64,000 bases of DNA from Terriglobia bacterium (GTDB taxonomy: Bacteria; Acidobacteriota; Terriglobia; 20CM-2-55-15). The stretch lies in contig CBDBIN010000044.1 of the NCBI GenBank assembly GCA_965206125.1, forward strand, positions 365,019-429,018, written 5' to 3'. The translations under genes and the position numbers were made by a program. Numbering within the stretch: the stretch's first letter is position 1; every line of letters starts with the position of its first letter. The notes under the pieces were generated by a model. The model saw only the letters and a list, made by a program, of their open reading frames with translations. It did not search any database and had not been told where the DNA came from. This document shows, piece after piece, positions 20,807 to 30,894 of the stretch.

Positions 20807-21526
20807 TCACGGTGCAAGCCGACTCGCCTCCACAAAGGCGGAGAACAGCGAACGGGCCAGTAGATCGGTTCTCCAGCCGGTTTCCGGATGCCACTGGACT
20901 CCCAGGACAAATCGTCCTCGCGTGTCCTCAACGGCCTCGGCGACGCCGTCCGGCGCTCGCGCGGTGATTCCGAGGTCACGGCCCGGTTCCGCCACAGACT
21001 GGTGATGGTAGCTGTTCACAACAGCCTCCGGCCCACCGTGCAGTCGATGGAGGCGGCTTCCTTCGTCCAGTCGAACTCCGTGTGACTTGACCTCTTCGGG
21101 CTCCCCGGGCCTGTCGTGGGAAACCGCTCCGGGAACATCGGACGGGATGTCCTGAATGAGCGATCCTCCCCGAAAGACGTTGAGGCTCTGCGCTCCATAG
21201 CAGACACCGAGCACGGGGATGACCCGTTGTTCTGCAATATCGAGCAGCAGAGCGTCAGCGCGATCCCGTTCGGCGAACACCCGGCCCAGCCGTGCATGAC
21301 GTTCGCCACCGTAACGATCCGGATCGATGTCGGTCGCACTGCCCGGCAGGAGTATTCCGTCCAACCGGTCCGCGTAATCACGGATTATTTCCCGCTCGCT
21401 CGACACCGGAATCAAGACAGGGATTCCACCCGCCCACTCGATCGCATCGGTGTAGTAGCGGTCCAGTGCGAGACGCTGCTTTTCGGCGTCGTAGCCGGTC
21501 GGTATCCCAATCCAGGGTCGGCCCAT
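20807..21526 (-). CDS. Gamma-glutamyl-gamma-aminobutyrate hydrolase family (peptidase C26, PuuD-like)
   Basis: LGVCYGAQ nucleophile elbow, VNSYHHQ, GVQWHPE. Confidence 0.88.
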   Translation of the reverse strand: MGRPWIGIPTGYDAEKQRLALDRYYTDAIEWAGGIPVLIPVSSEREIIRDYADRLDGILLPGSATDIDPDRYGGERHARLGRVFAERDRADALLLDIAEQRVIPVLGVCYGAQSLNVFRGGSLIQDIPSDVPGAVSHDRPGEPEEVKSHGVRLDEGSRLHRLHGGPEAVVNSYHHQSVAEPGRDLGITARAPDGVAEAVEDTRGRFVLGVQWHPETGWRTDLLARSLFSAFVEASRLAP

Positions 21527-21689
21527 TCCTCCTGTCCTATTTAGTGCCGCCCGCCGAAGTCGTCTCGCACTCGGCGGCGATTTCATAGGCGGTCATGTTT
21601 TTGGACGGATTGACTGCTTCGATGGTTATATCAGCCTCGCCGATTATCACCAGGCGGGATCCCATGGCGACACGTGTCGCCGCCCTGAA

Positions 21690-22961
21690 TCATGATTTTC
21701 CGGGCGCGACTGGGCCAATGAGCAGTCTCCGCGCCTCTCCCACCAAGTACAAGGAACCAGCCACCAGGACCGTATCCTCCTCTCGTGCCCGCTCGCGCAC
21801 CAGTTCGATCGCCTCCTCGAGGTCCGCCGTAGCCATCGCTCCCGGAAACAGACTGGCAAGCTCGGGCACAAGGACGGCGCGCGGGCCCTCCGGCCTCGTA
21901 AAGATGCAGCCGCCGAGGTGGGGCGCCAGGAGGCGAATCATCCCGGCGTAGTCCTTTCCCTGCATCGCTCCAAAGATCATCCACACACCCTCGGGGTGGA
22001 ACTCCTCCAGAAAAGCGGCCACGGCTGATGCCGCCGACAGGTTGTGGCAGCCGTCGAGCAGAAAGGACGGACGACCCACGACGCGCTCCAGCCGCCCCGG
22101 CCAGGTCGCCGTGTCCGCTCCGTTCCGTATGCTTGCCCGATCGACCGGCCAGCCCGCTTTTTCAAGACACTCCGCCGCCCGGACGGCAACAGCAAGGTTG
22201 TCGACCTGGTGACGACCGGCCAGCCGGGGGCGCAGGCTGTCGTAGGTCCGGATGGGTGTCTCCAGATCGACTTCGAAAGAGCCCTGGCCCAGATGCCGGA
22301 GTCTCGAACGGACTTCCGAGGACGCATCGATCAGCCGCGCTCGCGCGGCGGAAGCAATACCGGTGTAGGCAGCGACGTCCCGGCCGACGACGATGGGCTC
22401 GCTTGCCTTGATGATGCCCGCCTTCTCTTCCGCAATCCGGTCGAGCGATGAGCCCAGGTGCTCCTGGTGATCGAACCCGATGCTGGTGATGAGGGAAACG
22501 TCCTGGTCAACAATGTTGGTCGCGTCCAGTCGTCCCCCCATCCCGACCTCCAGGACCGCGCACGAGACGCGTCCGCTGAAATGGGAAAGCGCCATCGCGG
22601 TCACCTTCTCGAAAAAGGTCGGTGGATAGAGAAGATCCTTCGCAGCGTTGCCGACGGCCTCTTCGACGGCATGGAATGCCCGATCGAGATCCTCGTCGCT
22701 GACCTCGACGCCGCCGACTGCGATCCGTTCGTTCAACCGCGACAGGTGCGGCGACGTATAGAGGCCGGACCCGGGGACCATGGCCGAGAGCCACCGCGCA
22801 ACGGTGCCCTTCCCGTTGGTTCCGGCCACGAGCGCTGAACGGAAGTCCCGTTGGGGATACCCCATTACGCCCAGCAGCGTTCGAATGTTCGCGAGATCAT
22901 AACGGAGGGATCGGTACTCGTTCCTGCTGGAAAACAACCGCTCGATGTCTTCGGTCCTCAT
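21690..22961 (-). CDS. folC: Folylpolyglutamate/dihydrofolate synthase
   Basis: VAGTNGKGT, YTSPHL, EVGMGGRLDATN, WPGRLE, AGSLYLVGE. Confidence 0.95.
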   Translation of the reverse strand: MRTEDIERLFSSRNEYRSLRYDLANIRTLLGVMGYPQRDFRSALVAGTNGKGTVARWLSAMVPGSGLYTSPHLSRLNERIAVGGVEVSDEDLDRAFHAVEEAVGNAAKDLLYPPTFFEKVTAMALSHFSGRVSCAVLEVGMGGRLDATNIVDQDVSLITSIGFDHQEHLGSSLDRIAEEKAGIIKASEPIVVGRDVAAYTGIASAARARLIDASSEVRSRLRHLGQGSFEVDLETPIRTYDSLRPRLAGRHQVDNLAVAVRAAECLEKAGWPVDRASIRNGADTATWPGRLERVVGRPSFLLDGCHNLSAASAVAAFLEEFHPEGVWMIFGAMQGKDYAGMIRLLAPHLGGCIFTRPEGPRAVLVPELASLFPGAMATADLEEAIELVRERAREEDTVLVAGSLYLVGEARRLLIGPVAPGKS

Positions 22962-22978
22962 CGCAGGTCAGCAGCTCT

Positions 22979-23818
22979 TTAGCCGACGAAGAACTTGAGG
23001 GCGCGCGCCGCGTACGGCTTCAGATCGCCGCGGGCAACGATCGCATCGAGCATTCCGTGCTCGAGCAGGAACTCACTCCGCTGAAATCCTTCGGGCAACT
23101 TCTGACGGATAGTCTGTTCGATCACGCGGGGGCCGGCGAATCCGATCAACGCCCCGGGCTCGGCGACGTTCAGGTCACCCAGCATCGCAAAACTCGCTGA
23201 TACGCCGCCGGTCGTCGGGTCCGTCAGCACGGAGATGTAGGGGAGACGTTCGCGGTCCAGGCGCGACAGCGCCGCTGATATCTTTCCCATCTGCATCAGG
23301 CTCAGGGCGCCCTCCTGCATCCGGGCGCCGCCCGAGCAGGAAACAATGACCAGAGCGGCCCGCTTTGCTAGCGCACGCTCGATCGCCCGAGTGATCTTCT
23401 CGCCGACGACCGAACCCATCGACCCCCCGATGAAGCTGCCTTCCATTGCCGCGATGACGACGGAGTAGCCTCCCAGGGTTCCCTCACCGCAGATGACTGC
23501 CTCGTGTGGCCCGGAACCGGCAACCATCCTGTCGAGCGTTTCCCGATAGGGTTTTGCCGCCACAAACCCCAGGGGATCCAGGGAGGTGACTCCCGCATCC
23601 AGTTCGTCCCAGGAACCGTCGAACAGCAGAGCCAATCGTTCGCGGGCGCCGATCTTATAGTGATGGTTGCACTTGGGACAGACCTGCATGTTCAGGTCGA
23701 TGTCCTTCTTCCAGACCGGCTCCTTGCAGCTATCGCACTTGAGCCAAAGCCCTTCCGGGATCCCTTTGCGCCCCTCCCCGACCGCGATGGACTTCTTATC
23801 GCGTTTGAACCAGGTCAT
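22979..23818 (-). CDS. accD: Acetyl-CoA carboxylase carboxyltransferase beta subunit
   Basis: WLKCDSC..CPKC Zn finger, GGSMGSVVGEKI, SGGARMQEG; next to folC. Confidence 0.96.
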   Translation of the reverse strand: MTWFKRDKKSIAVGEGRKGIPEGLWLKCDSCKEPVWKKDIDLNMQVCPKCNHHYKIGARERLALLFDGSWDELDAGVTSLDPLGFVAAKPYRETLDRMVAGSGPHEAVICGEGTLGGYSVVIAAMEGSFIGGSMGSVVGEKITRAIERALAKRAALVIVSCSGGARMQEGALSLMQMGKISAALSRLDRERLPYISVLTDPTTGGVSASFAMLGDLNVAEPGALIGFAGPRVIEQTIRQKLPEGFQRSEFLLEHGMLDAIVARGDLKPYAARALKFFVG

Positions 23819-23881
23819 ATTGGAAGGGATTATACAGGGGCAGGTTGCCAAGCTATTGGGAGGGGAGGTCTGCCTGCGCGG

Positions 23882-24150
23882 AGGGAGCTTCTATCTATTG
23901 CAGATTGAGTTATTTGAGAATCCACATTGGACATCGTTCAATCGAGATTGGTCGATTCGTCATTTGCTGCAGGGAGTCACACCTTCGGTGCGAATTCTGG
24001 AAAATGTGAAACGAGACTTTCTCAGTTTCATTTTCATCGCAAATCCGCGCCGGAGGCGCTGCTCCAGGACAACCAATGACAAATCGATTAATTTCCAGCG
24101 TCCGACTTCAAATGCGGACTTTCCATTAGCTAATCTGCAATAAGCTCCCT
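23882..24150. repeat. ~270 nt imperfect inverted repeat (long hairpin) between gltX and accD
   Basis: Nested complementary arms: AGGGAGCTT/AAGCTCCCT, TATTGCAGATT/AATCTGCAATA, TCGATTCGTCATT/AATGACAAATCGA, and apical GAAAATGTGAAACGAGA/TCTCAGTTTCATTTTC. Confidence 0.75.
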
Positions 24151-25566
24151 GGCCCCCCGCCGGAGCCGGGAGACGGTTTTCTCCTTCCCCAAAATGACCA
24201 TCACATCGAAGATTCCCGGAGCAACGGCTTTCCCCGTCAGGCAAACGCGCGATGCGTTGATCAGCAAACCGGCCTTGACGTCGAAGGTCGCTGCCAGGTC
24301 ACGGAGCGCCTTCTCGGTCTCCTCCAGGCCGAACGGGTCGAGGGCCTCCATCGCGTCGGCGAGTCCTGGCAGGTATTCGGTGAGCTTCGGGTCTTTGAAG
24401 AACTTCGCCACCGCCGCCGGTTCGTAAGCGACGCGGTCTCCTGAGTAGGTGCGGACCTCGGCGGCCAGGGCTGTCAACAAACGGAACCGCGGACGGATCA
24501 GTTCCAGAAGCGATCTCAGCCAGGAAGCGTCAGCGCCCTCAAACCGATCTTCCCAGCTTCCGGCCGATACCATCAGCCCCCGGAGTCGGTCCACGAGGTC
24601 GTCGACCGGCATTCGGTTGATGTGCTGGCCATTGAACCACTCCAGCTTCTCCGGGTTGAAGACGGCGTTGGACTTGGTCACGCCGTCGAGCGAGAACGCC
24701 TCGACCAGGGCGGATCGGTCGAAAAGTTCGTCGTCGGAACCCGGCGACCACCCCAGCAACGCCATGAAGTTGACGAAAGCCTCGGGCAGAATGCCCTGAT
24801 CCCGGTAGGCCTGCACCGATGTCGCGCCGTGCCTCTTGCTGAGCCTGGCCTTGTCGGTTCCGAGGATCAACGGAGCGTGCACGAAACGTGGCTCCGGCAC
24901 GCCCAGAGCACGGTAGATCAACACCTGCTTGGGGGTGTTCGAGAGGTGGTCCACGCCCCGGATGACGTGTGTGATCTCCATGTCCACGTCGTCGGCCACG
25001 ACGCTCAGGTGGTAGGTCGGGCCCCCACCCGACCGCAGGAGAATGAAGTCCTCGATCTCATCGTGACCGCGCTCGATCGTGCCCAGGACTTCGTCTTCGA
25101 ACCGCACGCTCTCGGGAGGGACCCGAAAACGCACGGCCGCCTGCTCGCCCTGGTCCAGCCGTTCCTGGACTTTAACCGGGTCCAGCCCAAGGCAAGTCCG
25201 GTCGTACTTCCATCCGGTCTTCGCGCCCGGGTCTTGGTTGCGTTTCGTTTCGAGCAGCTCGCGCGAGCAGAAGCAGTGGTAGGCGTGTCCGTTCTCGATC
25301 AGCCCCCGGGCAACCTTGAGGTACAGCTCCCTTCGATCGGTCTGGAAGACGGGGCCCTCATCCGGGTCGATTCCCATCCATTCGAGGGCGTCCACGATCC
25401 CTCGCACCATCTCCTCGCTGGATCGTTCCAGATCAGTGTCTTCGATCCTGAGGATGAAGGTCCCACGGCTCTTTCTGGCGAAGAGCCAGTTGAAGAGCGC
25501 CGTGCGGGCCCCGCCAACATGGAGGTGTCCCGTCGGGGACGGGGCGAATCGGACACGAACACCCAC
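24130..25566 (-). CDS. gltX: Glutamate--tRNA ligase
   Basis: RFAPSPTGHLHVGG (HIGH motif), LRIEDTD, RLSKRHG (KMSKS motif). Confidence 0.97.
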   Translation of the reverse strand: MGVRVRFAPSPTGHLHVGGARTALFNWLFARKSRGTFILRIEDTDLERSSEEMVRGIVDALEWMGIDPDEGPVFQTDRRELYLKVARGLIENGHAYHCFCSRELLETKRNQDPGAKTGWKYDRTCLGLDPVKVQERLDQGEQAAVRFRVPPESVRFEDEVLGTIERGHDEIEDFILLRSGGGPTYHLSVVADDVDMEITHVIRGVDHLSNTPKQVLIYRALGVPEPRFVHAPLILGTDKARLSKRHGATSVQAYRDQGILPEAFVNFMALLGWSPGSDDELFDRSALVEAFSLDGVTKSNAVFNPEKLEWFNGQHINRMPVDDLVDRLRGLMVSAGSWEDRFEGADASWLRSLLELIRPRFRLLTALAAEVRTYSGDRVAYEPAAVAKFFKDPKLTEYLPGLADAMEALDPFGLEETEKALRDLAATFDVKAGLLINASRVCLTGKAVAPGIFDVMVILGKEKTVSRLRRGARELIAD

Positions 25567-25712
25567 TAGAAGCCCGTGACAGACGTCTGATGGTTCGCGC
25601 GCACGGGTCTTCGGAGGCGGAGACGAGGCGCGCGGAGAAAATGATGCTTTTTCATCACGACGACGAGCAACGAGGTATCCGACCGCAACCTCCGGGCGCC
25701 CGCAGGGTTACA
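25567..25712. repeat. Degenerate MITE-like repeat related to 35372-35537
   Basis: Shares TCGCGC.CA.GGGTCTTCGG, GATGCT.TTTCATC, GACGA.CAAC and CCC.CAGGGTT in the same order. Confidence 0.6.
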
Positions 25713-26973
25713 TCCCAGGCGTCAGCTTGCGAAGGGCGGCAACCGCTTCCTCGACGACGTCCGAATTTGGATCCTCGATCAGCGGTTCGATGTAGGGCCG
25801 CGCAGCGGGGTCCCCAATCTCACCGAGAACCCGGACGAGCTTCGCGCGGATTTCGGCTTTCGGGTTTCGCATAAGGGGAAAGATGGCTTCGAGCCGTCCC
25901 TCATACCTGCCCAGCTCGAAAAGATAGGTCTCGGCCTGGTGGTCCCTGCCGCCTTCGAGGGCGTCCACGAGCAACTCCAGGTGAACGCTATCTCCGGAAG
26001 CGGCCAGGCCGAAGGCCAGGGCCAGGCGGACACCCTCGTCGTTCTCTTCCGCAATTCGTTCCACGAACCCAGACGTGTCGTAATCGAGCCGCGCGAGCCC
26101 TTCCGCCGCCAGTTCCCGATACACGTCCTCCGCGTCCTCGAGCATCGATTCGAACAGGGATTCGGCAGCGGGCTCGCGCATCAACGCGAGCGACTGCAGG
26201 GACGATTCACGCACACTCCCGTCCCGGCTCGTCTTGAACAGGTTTGCCAACGCCGGAAACGCCGCCTGGTAGCCCGTAATGCCGACCGCTCGAATGGCCT
26301 CCAGCACGACGCGATTTTCGTCGTCTTTCAACATGCGCGTCAGGACAGGACCTGCCTGCTGGCTTCCGATCACCCCCATCGCACGGATGATCGCGACACG
26401 CACGTCGGTCGCCTGAAGGTTGCGCGGACCTTCCAGCGCTTCGGTCAGTGCAGGCAGTTGGTCGACCGACCGCAAAGACCCCAGCGCGTGAGCGGACTCC
26501 ATCCGGACCTCTGGGTCGAAATCCCGTTCGAGCGCCGCAACCAGAGCTTCCCTGGCAGTCTGGTCGACGTATTCATTCACCCCGACCAACGGCCGTGGGT
26601 CCTCGGAGAACAAGCCCCGAACTCTCGAAAAGAAGCTCCAGAATCCCTCGTCGTCGGCGATCGGTATGTAAAGCCGCAAGAGCGAATCGATGGCCTGAAG
26701 CCGCACATCCTTTTCGTAGTCACCCTGGAGCGCACCGGCCAATCCCGGGATGGCAGACCGGTCACGGATCGTCCCCAGCGCTGCGATGATCGAGGAACGG
26801 ATGTCTTTGAGGGGTTCGTTCCTGTAGGCCTCGACCAGCGCCGGGACAGCGTCTCGGTTGGCCAGAAAGGCCTTGGATTCGATGGCTTCTCTGCGCTCCC
26901 TGGGACTACTACTGGTAAGCGAGGGTGTCTGCGCGAGACTCAGTGCGAGCAGCAAGGGCAAGACGTTTGACAT
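25708..26973 (-). CDS. Exported HEAT-repeat (PBS-lyase-like) protein
   Basis: Signal peptide MSNVLPLLLALSLA; repeated 'VR..A..ALG' helices. The longer ORF start lies inside the IS1380 end. Confidence 0.8.
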   Translation of the reverse strand: MSNVLPLLLALSLAQTPSLTSSSPRERREAIESKAFLANRDAVPALVEAYRNEPLKDIRSSIIAALGTIRDRSAIPGLAGALQGDYEKDVRLQAIDSLLRLYIPIADDEGFWSFFSRVRGLFSEDPRPLVGVNEYVDQTAREALVAALERDFDPEVRMESAHALGSLRSVDQLPALTEALEGPRNLQATDVRVAIIRAMGVIGSQQAGPVLTRMLKDDENRVVLEAIRAVGITGYQAAFPALANLFKTSRDGSVRESSLQSLALMREPAAESLFESMLEDAEDVYRELAAEGLARLDYDTSGFVERIAEENDEGVRLALAFGLAASGDSVHLELLVDALEGGRDHQAETYLFELGRYEGRLEAIFPLMRNPKAEIRAKLVRVLGEIGDPAARPYIEPLIEDPNSDVVEEAVAALRKLTPGM

Positions 26974-27047
26974 AGCGGTTCCTCTCCGAATTCCCCGGAT
27001 CGATCGGCCGCCGCGCGGTCGTCGAGGGACAAGTCCCTTAAGTCTAG

Positions 27048-28897
27048 TCCCAAAACAAGCGCATAACCAGTCCGCCAACGGCCAGGTTGCGCGCATAAAA
27101 TTCGAGGCATAGAATCCCGCTCCCGGATCGTTTTATCCAGGTATCGGGTTTCTGTTGGATCTGTTTCAGTTCAGCCTCGCTGGTGTTGGAGCGGTTGACA
27201 GAAACCGGGACCTCGATCGCCCGGGCTCAGGGCCATGATCGGGTCAGCATCGCAGAGGTTGATGCAGCACATCCACGGCACGGAACAAGACCGGCAACCA
27301 CCGGTTCCAGGCCAGAATCCTGAAGAGGATGCGCCGCCCGGTGCGCACGAGCTGACAAGGCACGAACATGAAGGCGTTTAGAAACGTCTTGAACTCCATG
27401 TGCAGTACCGTCTGTTTCTCGGCCTGATACTTCTGGCCCCAGCGTCCGGTTTCGGGCAGCAGCAACGCAAACCACGCCTTCAGTGTCCAGGCCAGCGACG
27501 CCATGACCATGTAGGCCCCGTTGCTGGTCTGATCCCCGACCGGCATCCTCAAGGCCTGAACGCCGTTCTTGAGCTGCTCAATGAGATTCTCTTGATTGCA
27601 CCGTTGATTCGCACGGAGCACAATCTGGCTGGCCGAATCCGAGCGGTTGGTAATGTAGAAGAAGTATCGGATGTCGTCGAACAACACCTGTTCGCCTTTG
27701 GCCACCGACAGATTCTTCCGCACCACGACAACGCGGTAGTCCCGGTCGCAGGCTCTGGGCCGATACGCAAACTCGGCCACATCCTCGCCCTGCAACCGGA
27801 TATTGTCGAAACCGCGCTCCCGAACGACTTGTTCCTTCACGTTGTCGGGACGTTGGCGCGGTTCGGTGGCCACCGCGTACTTGGCGGGCCGTTCCAGACG
27901 CGTCCATTGGTGCGGTTCCAGTTCATCGGCCAGCGCCACCAGATTCTGCATGGCGTCGATGCCGAAGATGAATCCCACGCCCTGGTCGTCCCATCCATCC
28001 AGGTGCCGGGTCTGGCTGAAGTCGGTGTCCCCGCGCAGCAGGATCTGGCGAAACCCGCCTCGACGGCACAGCGCGATGGCCTGGTCGAACCGTGCGGCCG
28101 CTCCCTCATGCGAGGGCCGGTTACCGCTGCGATTGACCAGGTACAGCGGCTCTTGAGTATTCGCCAGCGAAATCACCAGCGGGTGATACCCCCAGGTCCC
28201 GTTGTAGGCCACGTCCATTCCTTGCTTGCATTCGCCTGTGGTTTCAGCCAGTGTCCCATCGGCGTCCAACACCGCTTCTTCGAAAAACGCCTCGGGCTGC
28301 TGGCGCCAGACTCGCAGCCGGACTTGATTCGTCGCCTCCATCAGAGACTCCACGTCGCTGGGCTCAAATCTCCGGCAGAAGTCTCCCGCCGTCGTCGGGT
28401 CCGGAATCCGTTGCGCTCCCAGCGCATCCAGATACACTTCGTCGTTGCGCCGCAACTCGATGTCCTCCAGGCACGTCCCTCCATTCAACGCGTTATAGGC
28501 GATGTTCAGCACGTGATCCGATTCGTGATACGGCAAGTGCCGCTTCAGCACATGCACACTCTCGTCGATGGCTTTGACCAGCCCCGTCCGCCGCGCCACC
28601 AACTGCATCATCCCGATTCCGCCCACCGCCGTGCCGCGCGTCCGCTCTCCCATCTCATAATGAATGTTGCTCGCCGAAAACATCGGCGCCGCCTGATCTG
28701 TCCAATTCCGGTCCGCAAGCCGGCGCTCGATTCGCCGCTTGCGGTTCTTCATGTTCTTGCGCGTATAATCGTTCATCCGAAATGCCTCCTTTTCCGTAGA
28801 CTCTTTCCAAGTCTTTATTCACACGGAACGGGGGCATTTCGGGTACTTCTGCTGCTATGCCGCTATCAATACCTCGTCAATCACGCTTGATCAGGGA
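27048..28897 (-). mobile_element. IS1380-family insertion sequence (~1.85 kb)
   Basis: Imperfect IRs TCCCAAAACAAGCG and TCCCTGATCAAGCG (11/14 match), each flanked by CTAG (27044-27047 and 28898-28901). Confidence 0.85.
27244..28776 (-). CDS. IS1380 transposase (DDE_Tnp_1_4)
   Basis: PDPTTAGDFCRRF, LDADGT, GYHPL, LRGDTDF, RCNQENLIEQLK; ORF is intact. Confidence 0.92.
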   Translation of the reverse strand: MNDYTRKNMKNRKRRIERRLADRNWTDQAAPMFSASNIHYEMGERTRGTAVGGIGMMQLVARRTGLVKAIDESVHVLKRHLPYHESDHVLNIAYNALNGGTCLEDIELRRNDEVYLDALGAQRIPDPTTAGDFCRRFEPSDVESLMEATNQVRLRVWRQQPEAFFEEAVLDADGTLAETTGECKQGMDVAYNGTWGYHPLVISLANTQEPLYLVNRSGNRPSHEGAAARFDQAIALCRRGGFRQILLRGDTDFSQTRHLDGWDDQGVGFIFGIDAMQNLVALADELEPHQWTRLERPAKYAVATEPRQRPDNVKEQVVRERGFDNIRLQGEDVAEFAYRPRACDRDYRVVVVRKNLSVAKGEQVLFDDIRYFFYITNRSDSASQIVLRANQRCNQENLIEQLKNGVQALRMPVGDQTSNGAYMVMASLAWTLKAWFALLLPETGRWGQKYQAEKQTVLHMEFKTFLNAFMFVPCQLVRTGRRILFRILAWNRWLPVLFRAVDVLHQPLRC

Positions 28898-28901
28898 CTA
28901 G

Positions 28902-28970
28902 CGGAACCGGGAACGGTAGTGACCGGGTGATGGAACGGATATTACCCCGTCGCTACCGCTCCGGGTTCTG
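28902..28970. repeat. REP-like hairpin, family B
   Basis: GGAACCGGGAACGGTAGTGACCGGG...CCCCGTCGCTACCGCTCCGGGTTCTG; related copies at 43986 and 61252. Confidence 0.7.
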
Positions 28971-30866
28971 GCTTGGTGCCGTCTCGCGTGGAAAATAGAT
29001 TTGGAATTCCGTGCCCTCTCCAGGTTCGCTGGTCACCGAGATGAAACCCTGGCACTGCTTGATGATGCCGTAGACCGTCGCAAGGCCGAGGCCCGTACCG
29101 CTTCCGGGGGCCTTCGTCGTGAAGAACGGCTCGAAGATGTGTGAGAGCGTCTCCTGGGCCATTCCTTCTCCATCATCCCGGACCGACAATGTGACGTAAT
29201 CACCCTCCGGTATCGCTTGTGGTTGCGAGAGGCCTCCGTCAAGGCTGACGTTGGCCGTTCGGATCTCGAGTCGGCCGCCGTCGGGCATCGCATCGGCGGC
29301 GTTGACCACAAGGTTCGTGATTACCTGTTCGATCGACCCCCGGTTTCCCCGGATTGAACACAGCTCTGGATTCAGCGAAGTTTCCAGCTCGATCCGTCTG
29401 TCGATGAGCCGCTCGAGCATCCCCTCGGTTTCCTTCACGATCGCGTTTAGATCCAGGGATGCCGGGTTCGGGATCTGCCGTCGGCTGAAAGTCACCAACT
29501 GTGTGGTGAGCCGGCTTGCCCGCTGAACGGTCCTGGAGATTTCCTCCGCCATCTCGTGCTCTTCGCTGACGGCGGCTAGGGAGCTCTTGAGCAGGGACGA
29601 ATAACCCTGGATCGCCGTCAGCAGGTTGTTGAAGTCGTGCGCGATACCACCGGCCAGCCGTCCGAGCGTCTCCATCTTTTGGGAGTGCCGTAGCTGGTCC
29701 TCGAGCGTCCGGCGTTGGCTGATGTCCCGGATAAAGCTCTGGAACACTTGCCGGCCGGCGTAGTTGACGAGGCGTGTGCTGGTTTCCACCGGAATCCGCG
29801 TGCCGTCACGGGCCAACCCCTCGATCTCAGAAATAGAGCCTTCCGGACCCAGGGATCGTTCGAGCGCTTCTTCGATACGCCCCTTCTGGTCGGCAGGATG
29901 AATGTCGAAGAAAGTCATATCCTGCAACGCCGCCGAAGAGTACCCGAGCATCTGCTCAGCCTTTCTGTTGGCATCGCGGATGCGCTTGGTGTCGGCTTCG
30001 AAGAGAACAACGGCGTCGCTGGCGTGTTCGAACAGGTTGCGGTAACGCTGCTCGGATTGCCGGAGCGCCTCTTGGGCGAACTTGCGTTCCGAAACGTCTG
30101 TGATCGTCCCGATCATACGGCGAGGCTTTCCCGTCGCGCTTCTTTCCGTCACCCGGCCCCGCACCAACACCCACTTCCATCCATCCCCGCCGCGCAATCG
30201 ATACTCAGACTCGTAGGCGGGGGTTTTCCCTTCCAGATGCGCTTCCAATGCGGCCTTGCGGGGTGGTTCGTCGTCTGGATGTATGCGAGCGTCCCAGCTC
30301 TCGACGTCGGCCACAGTCGTTCCCTCCGGGGGAGCGACTTCACCGAATATCGTCGAGACCCGGTGGCTGAACACGACCTGCCCAGTCTGGAGATCCCAGT
30401 CCCACAGACCGTCGGACGCGGCCTCCAACGCGTACCGAAGACGCTCCTCACTCCTGCGTAGAGCACCTTCAGAGCGCTGGCGTGCGGCAACCGCGGCAAC
30501 CGTGATCGCAATTCGATTCGGCGGCGAGAACTTCAGAGTGAACTGGGCGTCGAAAAACTGATCCTGCCCACGCCGGAGTCGGAGTTCGATGGGCTCAATG
30601 TCGCTGCCCGCACGGATTCGTTCAAGAAGCGCGTCGTCGGGAAAGCGTGAAACCTTGCGGGCGAAGAGGGTGAAGACCGCTCGACCCAGGGCGTCGGACT
30701 CCGCCAGATCGAATATATCGACCGCGTCCGGGCTCCAGGAGGCGATCCGGCCATCCAGATCAATTTCGATCACCGCCTTGGTCGTGGCCGGCGCGGATTC
30801 TCCACGCGGGACGGGGACTTCGCTCGCACGGGAGGATCCCTTGGCAGGCTTCGCTCCATAGTTCAT
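28953..30866 (-). CDS. Cytoplasmic multi-PAS sensor histidine kinase
   Basis: Three PAS-like domains, H-box [37 protein letters not shown]; start uncertain (MNYGA chosen). Confidence 0.88.
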   Translation of the reverse strand: MNYGAKPAKGSSRASEVPVPRGESAPATTKAVIEIDLDGRIASWSPDAVDIFDLAESDALGRAVFTLFARKVSRFPDDALLERIRAGSDIEPIELRLRRGQDQFFDAQFTLKFSPPNRIAITVAAVAARQRSEGALRRSEERLRYALEAASDGLWDWDLQTGQVVFSHRVSTIFGEVAPPEGTTVADVESWDARIHPDDEPPRKAALEAHLEGKTPAYESEYRLRGGDGWKWVLVRGRVTERSATGKPRRMIGTITDVSERKFAQEALRQSEQRYRNLFEHASDAVVLFEADTKRIRDANRKAEQMLGYSSAALQDMTFFDIHPADQKGRIEEALERSLGPEGSISEIEGLARDGTRIPVETSTRLVNYAGRQVFQSFIRDISQRRTLEDQLRHSQKMETLGRLAGGIAHDFNNLLTAIQGYSSLLKSSLAAVSEEHEMAEEISRTVQRASRLTTQLVTFSRRQIPNPASLDLNAIVKETEGMLERLIDRRIELETSLNPELCSIRGNRGSIEQVITNLVVNAADAMPDGGRLEIRTANVSLDGGLSQPQAIPEGDYVTLSVRDDGEGMAQETLSHIFEPFFTTKAPGSGTGLGLATVYGIIKQCQGFISVTSEPGEGTEFQIYFPRETAPSQNPER

Positions 30867-30894
30867 CTTTCGCGACGTCACCGCGGTAGCGCCC

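Noticed and set aside
27048-27096. Longer start of the HEAT-repeat ORF at 27096
   Set aside because: It lies inside the IS1380 end; the ATG at 26973 has a Shine-Dalgarno-like sequence and a signal peptide
27400-28890. Long antisense ORFs, e.g. 496 aa opposite the IS1380 transposase; also 46750-48033, 57418-58812 and 33940-35115
   Set aside because: Shadow ORFs expected from high-GC codon bias opposite well-supported genes; no recognisable motifs
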